Assembly: GCF_001194135.2 (NCBI RefSeq)
Contig: NC_068985.1
Location: 18,904,838 to 18,968,837, forward strand
Source of the DNA: Octopus bimaculoides
Lineage: Eukaryota
Direction: 5' to 3'
DNA length: 64,000 nucleotides
In this document: piece by piece, positions 50,940 to 64,000 of the stretch
How positions within the stretch are numbered: position 1 is the first letter of the stretch
Layout of the letters: each line of letters opens with the position of its first letter
The notes under the pieces: generated by a model
What the model saw: the letters and a program-made list of their open reading frames with translations, nothing else
Database searches by the model: none
Told to the model about the DNA's origin: nothing
Position numbers and translations under genes: made by a program

Positions 50940-52790
50940 GATATATATATGTTCCATGCTTCAGCAACTCTGAGCGTGAAAAAATGTTTCTGAAAGTCAT
51001 GGGAGCTGTGCTGTTTTCGGACTTTCTAGGCATGCCCATGTGTGTTAAACACATGGAGCTCAAAAAGGTGTTCAAAGTGGTTGTTGGCACAATGGTTAAT
51101 AATTTTGTGGGTGTTTACCAAATCAGTTGCCAGACGTTGGAGCTTCAATGTATCTATGCCCAAGGAAGCAAGATATCCAGAGTATGGTAGATGCCTGATG
51201 GAAGGTATTTGCTTGGTTGCATGTCTCTGAACAGTTTCCAGGAGGTCAATGTCCTGAGCCAGGTAGGGGCTCCAGACTGGTGATGCAAATTCCAAGTGTA
51301 GCCACACCATAGCCATATACAGCCTTAAATAGATAATTGGAGATCAGCTGACAAAGGTTTTGCTGAGTGATGCCAAGACACCGTTGGCCTTCTTGACAAT
51401 TTTAGAGATGTGCTTTGTCCAGCACAAATTGCTGACAGCAATGCCCAGGTCACGTTCACAAGAAGACTTCTTGATATTAATGTTGTGGAGAGAGTATGTG
51501 GATGCTGGGTTTTTCCTCCCAAAATGGATGGTGGTACACTTGTCCACAGCCAGCTTTAGTTATCAGTCCATGATCCATTGTTGCATTGTGTCCAGGTCTG
51601 ACTGCAGGAAAGATCTATAGTGTTCAGGATATGTCCTTTTTATCTCAAGGTACAGCTTGATGTCATCTGCAAATTTCAGCACTGTGGCATTCTTTAAGTT
51701 GGCATTTATGTCATTAATGTATGCAATAAATAAAAGGGGACTAAGAACAGATCCCTGTAGTACACCAGATGACATCTCACAGGGTAAAGAATGTTACCCT
51801 AGAACCGTGACTACCTCTCTTTGGTTGAGAATGAAGGACTCTAACTAGTTAAAAAGATCATCTTTCACACCCATTGCAGAGAGTTTTGCTATAAGTCTTT
51901 TGTGTGACACAGAATTAAAAGCTTTAGCAAAGTCAAGGTAAACAACATCCACCCATGAGCCGCCGCCAGTAACCCAGGTGATGTCTTCAAGAAACTTGGT
52001 AAGTTGATCACAGCAGCTGGAGTTAGGGATAAATCCAAATTGTGAGGTCCGGATAGGGTTGTGAGAATTCCAGAAGTTCCAGAGTATTTCTCTGACACAG
52101 GATTCCATCAGTTTGGCAATGCAACTAGTAGGACCGACTGGATGATAGTTGACAGGCAACGTGCAGTCACCTTCTTTGAACAGAAGAATGACACTGGCAG
52201 TTTTCCACTGCTCCAGAGTAGCACCATTGTTAAGACAGAACTGAAAGAAGAGTGAAAGCTGGTGCAGAAGCAGGTACATAACACCATCAAGACCAGGAGA
52301 GACATAGTTGCGTTTATTCTTATGGTGACATCACAGCATTACAGGTGTAAATTCCATAGTTATTATGGAATTTGGTATCAGAGGTGGTGGAGATGGTACG
52401 TTTTGGTTTTCAATAGTAAAAATGCCTGCATAGCATTCAGCAATGAGTTCTGCACATTCTTTGGGATTGTCAGTAATCTGGCTTGTGTGGGGATTGTGAT
52501 GAGGACCAACTGGAGATGAGGTCTCTGCTTTGAATGTACATATTTCCAGAATGCCTTACTGCCAGGGTTGGTTGCTATGGGCTGCTCAAATTCAAGCACA
52601 GCCTTTTTTGTCACCTGCTTGAGATGGTTGAATGATTTATTACACTTTTTCCTATTTATATCTGATTTATGCAGTTTGTATTCCTGTTTGAAAAAGATGG
52701 CTGTTTTGGTAATGCAAATAACTGTTGTGTGTTAGATAACAGTGTTTTGTGAATTGATATCAGAAGGTAACAACTGTAAAACTAAATTAA
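50940..52790 (-). mobile_element. Degenerate CR1-like LINE RT
   Basis: QFGFIP, YLDFAKAFNSVSH, GVLQGSVLSPLLF, KFADDIKLY, SPVWSPY..VQRHATK motifs in frameshifted ORFs. Confidence 0.92.
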
Positions 52791-53059
52791 GGAAGACTTG
52801 AAAATAGGAATAAAATCAGATTCGAGAACATTTAGTTGCACTGATAAGAAAACAGTTTTGGGAGACACAGAGAGAAATGTAGTGTTGCTAACCAGTTCAA
52901 TTAATAGTGGAAGAAGAGGAAGAATGGGAGGAGAATGCAAAGATGATGTGCAAAGGATTAGCATTTCAAAGCTTCATTGGATAATCAAGTACAAAAAAAA
53001 AAAAATGCATCTCAGTATGATCCTTCATTAGGCCCCACTTGCTAACTGCTAAAAGTGAA

Positions 53060-53390
53060 CTATAGAAAATTATGTCAGGTTATCAGGAAGTTTGCAACCA
53101 ATGTACTATTATTATATATTAGTATCAACAAGTCTTTCTTACTGCCAACAACACTAAAGTCACCGATTTCCTTGAACTGTGTGCCACCATTGAAACAAAT
53201 TAGTAAATGGCATTCATCTTCACTGACGATCATGTACTCGCTTTTCTTTGCATTGGAAAACAGACTGGCCTTGGTTGTAGTGTTCTCAAAGGATGTTAAC
53301 AAGCTTTGAGCATCACGCAGTTGATGGGCTTTGAAGGGAAGATCAACAGCATAGTCAAGGTCAGAGAAATACAGATTCTACTGATGTCTT
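53060..53390 (-). mobile_element. Degenerate LINE RT fragment (RTE-like)
   Basis: DLDYAVDL (from DLDYADD), then NAKKSEYM and FKEIGDF. Confidence 0.6.
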
Positions 53391-53800
53391 GGTCACATAA
53401 TATTGTAATATAATCAAGTTTATATTTTTAATGGGCAATATTTACATTAATATGTTTGTTTTTTGATAAAATCCGTTCAAAGAGTAAACCAGTAAAACCT
53501 ACATAAAAGCCAACAGCTTACATGTGCACATGTGTATGTGTGTGTGTGCATGCATGCATGTGTGCATGTGTGCAAGTAAGCACTTAAGAGTGATTAAGAG
53601 GGAGAAAGGAGAATGCTCATTACTGACAGCTTAGAGGAAATATTGCTCAAGAAACCAACAATAGAATCAAACCCACAATCTCATGATTGTTAAGTGAGCT
53701 TTTTAACCACTTAATCAAGTTACACCCATACTCTCTATATGTATTGTGTGTATGTGCATGTGTGTATTTGTATGTATGTATGTGTATATATATCTATCTA

Positions 53801-53885
<85 letters not shown>

Positions 53886-54204
53886 NNNNNNNNNNNNNNN
53901 NNNNNNNNNNNNNNNNNNNNNNNNNNNNNNNNNNNNNNNNNNNNNNNNNNNNNNNNNNNNNNNNNNNNNNNNNNNNNNNNNNNNNNNNNNNNNNNNNNNN
54001 NNNNNNNNNNNNNNNNNNNNNNNNNNNNNNNNNNNNNNNNNNNNNNNNNNNNNNNNNNNNNNNNNNNNNNNNNNNNNNNNNNNNNNNNNNNNNNNNNNNN
54101 NNNNNNNNNNNNNNNNNNNNNNNNNNNNNNNNNNNNNNNNNNNNNNNNNNNNNNNNNNNNNNNNNNNNNNNNNNNNNNNNNNNNNNNNNNNNNNNNNNNN
54201 NNNN

Positions 54205-54236
<32 letters not shown>

Positions 54237-54799
54237 AAGCTGATCTCAGGAGGACAAATGAATGCAACAAATGATAAGATGCTGTACTGGAGAGGAGCCA
54301 TCCAATCCATGCAAATACAGAGAAATCAACATAAAATTAGAATGATTACAATGAAGATAATACAATAATGATGTCATTCTGTAATGTAAAAAGCACCCAG
54401 TACTGTATTGTGTGTATGTGCATGCACCCAGTACACTCTGTAAAGCGGTTGGCATTATGGAGGGCATCCAGACATTGAAACTGTGCTAAAACTGACAACT
54501 GGAGCCTGTGCAGCTCTCTGGCTGGCCAGCTCCTGTCAAACTGATCTTTATTCTTTATTCTAATCAGTTAAGTGGCCTTTCTCTGAATGTAGTTTAAAAC
54601 GTCTGTATGGCCATCTATATGTAGCTCATCCAGTAGCATCATCCAGGATGTGCAAGCAATATTTTTTTGTACACTTCAACTGAACTTTGTGATCTTTGTG
54701 AGCTTGCCGTCTTGGTTGCCAATAATGAGATTTAATCTCTAAAATAGGAATATTTCTTTTGCTGGGGTAGGGAAATGGAGGATTCTTCTGACTGAATAA

Positions 54800-55330
54800 T
54801 ACAGGGTGTTCCAAAAGTCAATAATGGGTTTCAATTTTTAATAACTTCCTTAACTTTACATAAATGCATGAAATTTTGATACAATGTAAAAGACATAATG
54901 GAAATTTATATGCACCAGTCAAATTTTGTAACATCACTACACCACATATGAAAAATGACATTACTTAAATGGCAGCCATTTTCAGCTTTGGACATCCATG
55001 CTCTTTCCAAAACTTGCACCATAACACTCTCAAGAGTTTCAGACCCCACTTCTCTGATTTCTCTATTGATGTTCTCCTTCAGTTGCCCCAGGGTCTCCGG
55101 TTTGTTGACATAAACCCTCTCTTTTGGGTATCCCCACAAGAAAAACTCCAGGCTAGTCAAGTCTGTAGAATGTGAAGGCCATTCAAAGTAGACCTCACAC
55201 CTGGTTCCAGCAAGATGGGGCAACTGCTCATACCACAGGAAAAACAATGCAGTTGCTACGGCAGTGCTTTGGAGAGAGAATAATTTCCTGCTACAGCAAT
55301 GTCAACTGGCCTTCATGTCCTTTACATTGG
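54800..55330. mobile_element. Tc1/mariner-superfamily transposase relic with an internal inversion
   Basis: TACAGGGTGTTCCAAAAG terminus; minus strand WPSHSTDLTSLEFFLWGY..RVY; plus strand WFQQDGATAH..NWPS. Confidence 0.85.
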
Positions 55331-56124
55331 TATCAAAATTTGTATCACAAATGTTTTACTAATGTAAACAAGACAATTTCATTGATAGTTTTGCCCAAAT
55401 TTACAGTGATTTCATTTTTTAGTTTTTGTTATTGTTTAAATAAGGAATTTAAATTTTAAACTCATACCATAACTAAATAACTTTAATCAATTCAATTTGT
55501 TTCAAATGGTTAAGAGAATTTCTTTTCAAAATTTTACCAAATAAGCTTCATACAATCTAGCATCAAAATTCAAAACAGTATATTATATTCAAAGAACTTT
55601 GTAACTGTATGACAATAATTCTTACTTTCATTTGACCTTTGAATTTCACTCTTTAGCATTTAAACTGGCCATATTCAGCCTAAATATTCTACCTGTTTTA
55701 TGTTCAAACTACCCAGATCTGGTCTCCCTCATCTGCTCTAAAATATTATGCTAAATACAAACAATCACATCATCAAAATCTCAAAACAAAAAGATCATGA
55801 GTGATTAATTCAAAACAATGTGAATAAATAAGTATTAAATTTGACAAAGTAATTTGAATGTTAAAAGGGTTAGAGTAAAAATCTAATAATGTTTTTGTTT
55901 TTTTCCAAATAATTTCTTGACTATGTTTTCAAATGCTTCAAAGTACAATTTGGATTAATTCACATGTAATATAACAATTTTGCTTAAAAATCCTTTGCAA
56001 TCCATCCATTTCCCCAAATATACTCATTAATAATCTTTTGTAGCTTGCTGTAGTTTTTTCCTTTCAAAATGTATTAATTTTCTTTCTAATATGTAATATT
56101 ATGAGTTTAATTGTTTCCAAGTGA

Positions 56125-56159
<35 letters not shown>

Positions 56160-56959
56160 CTCTTTTACTCTTTTACTCCTTTACTTGTTTCAGTCATTTG
56201 ACTGTGGCCATGCTGGTGCACTGCCTTTAGTCGAGCAAATCGACCCCAGGACTTTTTCTTTGTAAGCCTAGTACTTATATCAACTAAAATTTGAGGTTCT
56301 TCAAATGAAGCCTTTTGAAATATTTGTTCTGCACTGATTTACAGACACTTCCATGCACATTTGCCAATGGAAATGCAGTCTACTGTGTGATTGGCTCACT
56401 GGAAACTTGTAACCGGTAACCTATTATTCATCAACTACAATATAAAATTAAATAAATAACTGACTTCTCTTATTATATAGGTCACATGAATTATTAAAAA
56501 AAAAATTTATACCTTTTCATTTAAAATGGCATTGTTAAAGGTATTTAGAGTACTGAAATTCTTAAGCTGTTATGAGATGATAGCAATAAATAAGAAAAAA
56601 AAAAAAAAATTATTTAGAAGCCAGCAGCTTTACAAGCTTGGTTTTCAAAATCCAATGAAACAGCATAAAAAGATAACGAGAAAACAGGAAATTACTGGTG
56701 ATAAGGAAGTTTTCTTTGAGCGGAATGGTTTGCTGAAATTATGGTAGTTTAGCATTGCAGATAGGCAATTGTGATTCAGTTTTATCATTTGTGTTTACAA
56801 AATTGTTATATAACAGAACAGGTGTAGAAGGAAGGACTTAGCAGTATTATTCACACACTCACACATACTTGATATGTACTTGTTTACATGTTCAGCCTGT
56901 CAGCTGTGGCCATGCTGGAGTGCTGCTGTTAGGCAATGGTTACAGTGGATGACTACCTG

Positions 56960-56991
<32 letters not shown>

Positions 56992-57129
56992 TGTATGTGT
57001 GTATGTGTGTATGTCTCTTCTATTTTTTAAAATTATTATAAATCTTCCACTGAGGAAGGAACTAGTTTTCAACAAAGATACAAGGCTCTATCTTTGGGAT
57101 GTAGTTTACACAGACAAATTCACATTTGG

Positions 57130-58565
57130 AACTTGAGAAAAGTCTTGCATATTTTTACTGTTCCACTTACAGACTGCACTTGTAATGTACGAATTAGCCG
57201 GTCGATTTCTCTTTCTGAAGATCCCAGTTTATTCAGATTCTCCTTTAAGCATTTACTAATAAAACCTAATGCTCCAATTATTATTGGTATGAATATGAAT
57301 TCATAGTCTGAATATAGAAGCTGGAGGTTTTGAAACAGTTATCCATACATGTCCTCTTTTTCTTTGATTTTCAAACATTGAGCCTCACAGAGGCAATGAC
57401 AGGAGACCGAGACCTTTGGAGGTATGCTTTGATTGAGAAGACCCGGCAGCTAAAGTGAGATCACAGCCATGGCCGATGCCAGTGTTGCATGTCTGGCCCA
57501 ATTAAGAGTACCCATGATGTGTTGGGTGATATGATATACTTGAGAAGACCTGTTGAGTCAAGTAAAACCAAAATTGTAGCTGTGAGTGCCCCTGACTGGC
57601 TTCCATGCCAGTGGCACATAAAAAGCACTATCTGAACGTGATTGACACCAGGACTGCCTGACTGGTCCCCATGCTGGTAGCATGTAAAAAGCACCATCTG
57701 AACATGGCTGATGCCAGTACCCCCTGACTGGCTCCCATGCCAGTGGCACATAAAAAGCACCATCTGAACATGGCTGATGCCAGTACTCCCTGACTGGCTC
57801 TTGTGCCAGTGGCATGTAAAAAGCACCATGTGAAAGTGGCTGATGCCAGTACCCCCTGACTGGTGCCCGTGTCAGTGGCACATAAAAAGCACTATCCAAA
57901 TGTGATTGGTGCCAGGATCACCTGACTGGCTCCTGTACCGGTGGCACATAAAAAGCACCCACTCTTGGAGTGGTTGGTGTTAGGGAGGGCATCCAGCTAT
58001 AGAAACATTGCCAGATCAGATTGGAGCCTGGTGCAGCCACTGGCTCTCCAGACCTCAGTCAAACCGTCCAGCCCATGCCAGCATGGAAAATGGACGTTAA
58101 AAGATGATGATGATTTATATATGCAGGGCAGCTGATCTCATACCTTTGCCCCTCTGTCCCAAACAATAATATCCGGCCTGTTGTCTTTACATTTGACAGA
58201 AGTTTTGGTGGAAATATTCCACCAGTATTCCTTAAGTTGGTGTTTATGAATATATTCCATAACAGAGGGATTTTCTAAGTTTATTTCAGGATAGTCTTTT
58301 TTGCGGATGACATTGTAAATTGTTTTAGCAGCATCGTGCCACATAAGGAGGCAGTACCGTGATGACATTTTAGGACAGCTGCTGATCACATGCATGGTGT
58401 CCTCCACAGAAACATGACTTAACCTACACACGCGGTTGCACCTTGGGATTACAAGAGTGTCACTGTCTCCCTTGTTCACCAGGTACTTTGTGGCAATCTC
58501 CTGTTACTGGATTGCAAATGCATAACCTTCGAAATGTAATGTGATGTATTGGTCTCGTGTTCAAG
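57130..58565 (-). mobile_element. RLE-type non-LTR retrotransposon 3' part (R4/NeSL-like), split by an RTE-tail insertion at about 57372-58112
   Basis: CR..EDTMHVISSC zinc knuckle and RPDIIVWD endonuclease (58138-58479); KEKEDMYG..PIIIGALG..SGTVKICKTFL C-terminus (57130-57370). Confidence 0.85.
57590..57960 (+). repeat. 66-bp tandem array (about 5.5 units) within an RTE 3' region
   Basis: TGACTGG recurs at 57593, 57659, 57725, 57791, 57857 and 57923. Confidence 0.9.
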
Positions 58566-58719
58566 AGAAGCTGAACTTTGAGTCAATTCTAATGTATGTA
58601 TGTATGCATTTATGCATGCATGCATGCATGCATGTATGTATGTATGTATGTATGTATGTATGTATGTATGTATGATTGCATGCATGTATATATGTGTGCA
58701 TGCATGTGTACATACATGT

Positions 58720-58769
<50 letters not shown>

Positions 58770-59299
58770 TATCATCATTATTTAATGTCTGCTTTCCATG
58801 CTGGCATGGGTTAGATGTTTTGACTGGAACTGGTAAGTCAGGGAGCTGCACCAGGTTCCAGTCTGATTTGGCATGGTTTCTATGGCTGGATGCCTTTCCT
58901 AACACCAATCACTCCAAGAGTGAAATGGGTCCGTTTATGTGCTGCTGGCATGGGTACCATTTACATGACACTGGCAACGGCCACAATTACAAGTCTTCTC
59001 AGCATAGCATCACCAAAAGTCTTGGTCACTTATTATCACCTCTGTGAGGCCCAACATTTAAAGATCATGCTTCACCACCTCATACCATGTCTTCTGGGTC
59101 TACCTCTTCCACAGGTTCCCTTCATAGTTAGAGATCAGCACTTCTTTACACAGCTGTCCTCGTCTACACGCATCACCTGACCATACTAGTGCAGTTGTCT
59201 CTCTTGCACACCACATCTGATGCCTCCTATACCCAACCTTTCTCTCAAGATGCTTACACTCTATCGTACATGCACACTGACATTGCACACCCAGTGAAG

Positions 59300-59390
<91 letters not shown>

Positions 59391-60093
59391 CATCATCACC
59401 AACATAATTTTAATGTACATTTTTCCATACTTGCATTTGTTGGATGGAGCTTACAGAGGCAGATTTTCAACAGTTGGATGCCCTTCCAAACATCAATCAT
59501 TTTACAGTGTGGACTGGATGCACCAGCATGGTCACCAAGTAACTCGCAAGACAAAGATCCTTTGAGAGGGATGGGGCATTGAACGAGGTGGCCTTGTTCC
59601 AGGTGATGAGAGGTTAGAGTGTGACAGAGCGATAGAAACAGGTGTCTTGCTGTAGTGGAGATACGTGATTACCCAGTCAGAGGGAGAGAGCAAGAGAAGA
59701 GAGAGAGAGAGAGAGAGTGATCAAGAATGAGAAAGAGAGTGAAAGAGGGTGAGAGAGAGATAGTGGTGAAGTGCCAAGGCATACCCTCAAGGTACAAGGA
59801 TCAGAATATAAATGGGATGATAGAGTATTACCAAGGGTGTATGAGTAGGGAGTAGGGACTTCATATGAATGCAAAGAGTGTGGTGTGGGGATGCAGTGAC
59901 TGGTGAAATGTGGGCATATAGAGGAGGTGGGTGACAACAGGATAACAATGATACAGAATAGGGCAATGAGGACATGATTGGGGAGCAAGAGATAAGCATA
60001 AGCATAGTGCATGAAAAAGAGGAAATGTGAGGAAGAGAAGAGGAGATGTAGTTTGGTTTGCTGGACTACGAATATCAGTAAAGNNNNNNNNNN

Positions 60094-60143
<50 letters not shown>

Positions 60144-63100
60144 ATCAGCATCATTATTATTGTCATCGTTTTAACAACCTCTTCCCATGCTTATGAGAGT
60201 CAGGCAGAATTCATTGAGATAGATTTTTCTACAGTCAAATGTCCTTCCTGTTTCCAACTTGCACCTGCTTCCAAGCAAGGTAATATTTCCCCATGGAGAG
60301 ACATATATACATTTGAGACTTTCACTAGCGATCCCTCAGGTGTTATTTATCTAATTGGGTCAAACCAATAAGAAAGACCACTTGAATTCTCCTCTATTTC
60401 ACCAATGTTTTAGATTTGTACCTGTCGGTGCTGAATCACTATTAACTTTCACCCATGGATTGTCTTGGTTTTCTTTCAAATTTATGCACTTTTTATACTA
60501 TTTTCTGTATAAATATGACTTGATGCCTTGTAACTACCTGTTCATATTTAATTCAATTTTACCCACACTAAGGCAGTGAGTTGGCAGAATCATTAACATG
60601 CGACGAGCTGGCAGAAACGTTAGCATGCCAGGTGAAATGCTTAGCGGTATTTCGTCTGCCATTACGTTCTGAGTTCAAATTCTGCCAAGGACGATTTTTC
60701 CTTTCATCCTTTCGGGGTCGATAAATTAAGTACCAGTTACCCATTGGGGCTGATGTAATCAACTTAATCCCTTTGTCTGTCCTTCTTTGTCCCCTCTATG
60801 TTTAGCCCCTTGTGGGCAACGAAAAAATAAGAATCATTAGCATGCCAGGGAAAATGCTTACAAGCATTTTGTTCCTTTTTATGTTGTGAGTTCAAATTCT
60901 GCTGACATTGACTTTGCTTTTCATCATTTCAGGATTGATAAAATAACTGCCAGTTGATCACTGAGGTTGATGTAATTGACTTACCTGTTCCCCAACCCAA
61001 ATTTCTGGCCTTGTGTCAAAATGTGAAACCATTATGCCTACACTAACTTAACCTGTACATTGCCTACAGTAGTTAACACTTATTTTTATGGACCCTGTAT
61101 CCCACCACATTGGATTCAATGCACTGGGTCTGGTACAAGCACTTATTGTCTACCTTTTATATTATACGTCATTTTGACATTTTCTTCTCATGTGCCGGTG
61201 GCATGTAAAATGCACCAACTGAACGTGGTCGATGCCAGTGCCCCTGACTGGTTCCCGTGCCAGTGGCACATAAAAAGCACTATTCATGTGTGGTTGATAC
61301 CAGTGCCCCCTGACAGGGCAGGGCTTCTCAAGCATAGCATATCACCTAACACTTAAAGGGTGCTTTTTATGTGCCAGTTACGCGACACTGGCATCGGCCT
61401 ATGACTATTATCTCACTCAGTATGACGGGTCTTTTTTCCCAACAGTCTTAATCTGTTGTGCATATATGAAATAATAATAATCCTTTCTACTATAGGCACA
61501 AGGCCTGAAATTTTGTTGATTACATCAACCCTAGTACTCAACTGGTACTTATTTTATTGACCCTGAAAGGATGAAAGCAAAGTCGACCTCAGTGGAATTT
61601 GAACTCATAATGTAGCAATGGGTGAAATACCACTAATGATTCTGCCAACTTGCTGCCTTATATGAGATAATAATAATAAAAACTAATTGTTTGTAATATA
61701 GGCACAAGACCTGATTTTCTTTCGGTGACGGGGGTTAGTCGATATCATTGATCCTAGTAATGCCCCTGAATGGGTAAAAAGCAAAACTAACCTTGTCGAA
61801 TTTGAACTTAGAACATAAAGAGGCAAAAGAAAACCACAAAATACTTTGTCTGATGCTCTAACAAGTCTATAAAATTAATAATAAGTGCCATTTATATTAA
61901 TATGAAATAAACAGGAGCTACTAATGAAAGAGATCTGATTGACCCAGTTATACATGTACAATAAAAGACTTTGGTACTTACCAATATAAACTATTGTACA
62001 AGTAATAGATATATGTAATGATACATATGTATTTTAAATAGACAATATGTCTCTACTAGACTGTAACTGTGTTAATTTCAATACAAAGACTCTAGCCATG
62101 TAGGTACTGTAAAGCAATAATATTATATTCCATCTTTTATCTTTATTTGTGTCAGTCATTGGACGTAGCCTTGTTGGGGCATTGCATTGAAGGACCTTTT
62201 TGTCGAATAAATTGACCCTTGTACTTACTTTTTAGAGTCTTGATCTTATTTTATTGTTTATTTTTGCTGAACTGCTAAGTTACAGAGATATAAACAGACC
62301 AACACCTGGTGATATCACTAGTACCAATGGCACGGAGAAAAGCACTCAGTAAACTCTGTAAAGTGGTTGGCATTAGGAAGAGCATCCAACCATTAAAACC
62401 ATGCCAATGTTGACACTGGAGCTTGATGTAGCCTTACAATTCTCCAGATTCTGTAAAACTGTCCAACCCATACCAGCATGGAAAATGGATGTTAAATGAT
62501 GATGATGTTGATGCATATTCCTGAATTGAACCATATTCTGAAGAGTCTGTAGAAATAAATTCTGTCATATAATAAGGCTTATTGTTACCAACAGCAGTAC
62601 CAGATCAGAAAGTGCTAACTTTATCGAACTTGGCAGCAATAATTATTATCATACACACAGTTCAAAATAAAAAGCTTCGAGCTACACTCTGATACTTATA
62701 GTTTGAGAAATCTTTCAAAGTCAAAAGTTAATTTAATACCTATAGAGTTGCTACAAAGATCAGAGTATACAAGAGTTTTAAGTCAAGCTATTAGATGAAG
62801 CCAACCAAAAGCCTCTGCTGATCATATAACTTCATATTAATGTCAACAGTGAATACTATACTCCTAAATATATATAAGAAATTTTTATAGGTGCAGGAGT
62901 GGCTGTGTGGTAAGTAGCTTGCTTACCAACCACATGGTTCTGGATTCAGTCCCACTGCATGGCACCTTGGGCAAGTGTCTTCTACTATAGCCTCGGGCCG
63001 ACCAAAGCCTTGTGAGTGGATTTGGTAGATGGAAACTGAAAGAAGCCCGTTGTATATATGTATGTATGTATATATATATNNNNNNNNNNNNNNNNNNNNN

Positions 63101-64000
63101 NNNNNNNNNNNNNNNNNNNNNNNNNNNNNNNNNNNNNNNNNNNNNNNNNNNNNNNNNNNNNNNNNNNNNNNNNNNNNNNNNNNNNNNNNNNNNNNNNNNN
63201 NNNNNNNNNNNNNNNNNNNNNNNNNNNNNNNNNNNNNNNNNNNNNNNNNNNNNNNNNNNNNNNNNNNNNNNNNNNNNNNNNNNNNNNNNNNNNNNNNNNN
63301 NNNNNNNNNNNNNNNNNNNNNNNNNNNNNNNNNNNNNNNNNNNNNNNNNNNNNNNNNTATATATATATATATATATGCTAGCATGGAAAGCGGACGTTAA
63401 ACAACGATGATGATGATGATGATGTGTGTACTTGTGTGTCTGTGTGTTTGTCCCTCCACCATCGCTTGACAACCGATGCTGGTGTGTTTACGTCCCCATA
63501 ACTTAGCATTTCAGCAAAAAGACACCGATAGAATAAGTACTAGGCTTACAAAAAATAAGTCCTGGGGTCGATTTTCTTGACTAAAGGTGGTGCTCCAGCA
63601 TGGCTGCAGTCAAATGACTGAAACAAGTAAAGAGAGTAATGAGAGTATGCTGTGGAAAAGATGGAGAAAACGAAAAAGTCAATGATGGCCATCAATACTA
63701 TGAAATTTTTCATTATATACTGTTCTCCTCTCATGGTATTGAGTAAATTTTTTTTGGTCTTAGTGATCTGAGTTATCTTTAGTCTTATTTTGTGTAGGGA
63801 GATTCATTATGTCAATATTAACACAAGCACTGGTTTGATTCCACTTCTTTATTATTAGTCAACTGGCTAAATATCCAACTAACTAATCAATTGTTTGTCC
63901 AAGACCTTGTTGTGCGCATGTGTGTGTGCTTGCATATGTATGTATGCATGTATGTATTCTTTTGTGTGTGTATTCCTGTGTCTGTGTATGTTTGCTTGTG

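Noticed and set aside
53687-54368. IYIY and CVCV ORFs here and at 58561-59420 and 62885-63472
   Set aside because: Translations of (TA)n, (CA)n, (TATC)n and (ATGT)n microsatellites and gaps.
57558-57899. ORF with a repeated 22-aa peptide, and the array as a possible CRISPR
   Set aside because: The 66-bp unit is a multiple of 3 by chance and sits in an RTE tail. Whole units repeat with no unique spacers, and the genome is eukaryotic.
60420-60496. Possible minus-strand exon of an upstream gene (YKKCINLKENQDNPWVKVNSDSAPT)
   Set aside because: Weak acceptor, no recognisable homology and no partner exons; 48-64 kb otherwise shows only repeats.

Overview
AT-rich, repeat-dense animal genomic DNA with several N gaps. 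The SINE/RTE repeat repertoire looks cephalopod (octopus-like); this is inference. One protein-coding gene is supportable: a VPS18 (CORVET/HOPS subunit, deep-orange) orthologue on the minus strand. I traced 24 coding exons by hand from 39951 (ATG) down to 908, all phase-consistent except for one missing exon that probably lies in an N gap; the C-terminal RING exons fall left of the window. One intron (24748-25280) has U12 minor-spliceosome signals and probably non-canonical AT-AA ends. A fold-back insertion at 4210-4529 carries two broken halves of what reconstructs as a minimal hammerhead ribozyme with a compensatory G3:C8 core. The remainder is tRNA-derived SINEs, RTE, CR1-like, Penelope-like and RLE-type retroelement relics, mariner/pogo/piggyBac-type DNA transposon relics, and simple repeats. 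Exon coordinates were counted by hand; repeat boundaries are approximate. Protein comparisons are from remembered family sequences, not database searches.
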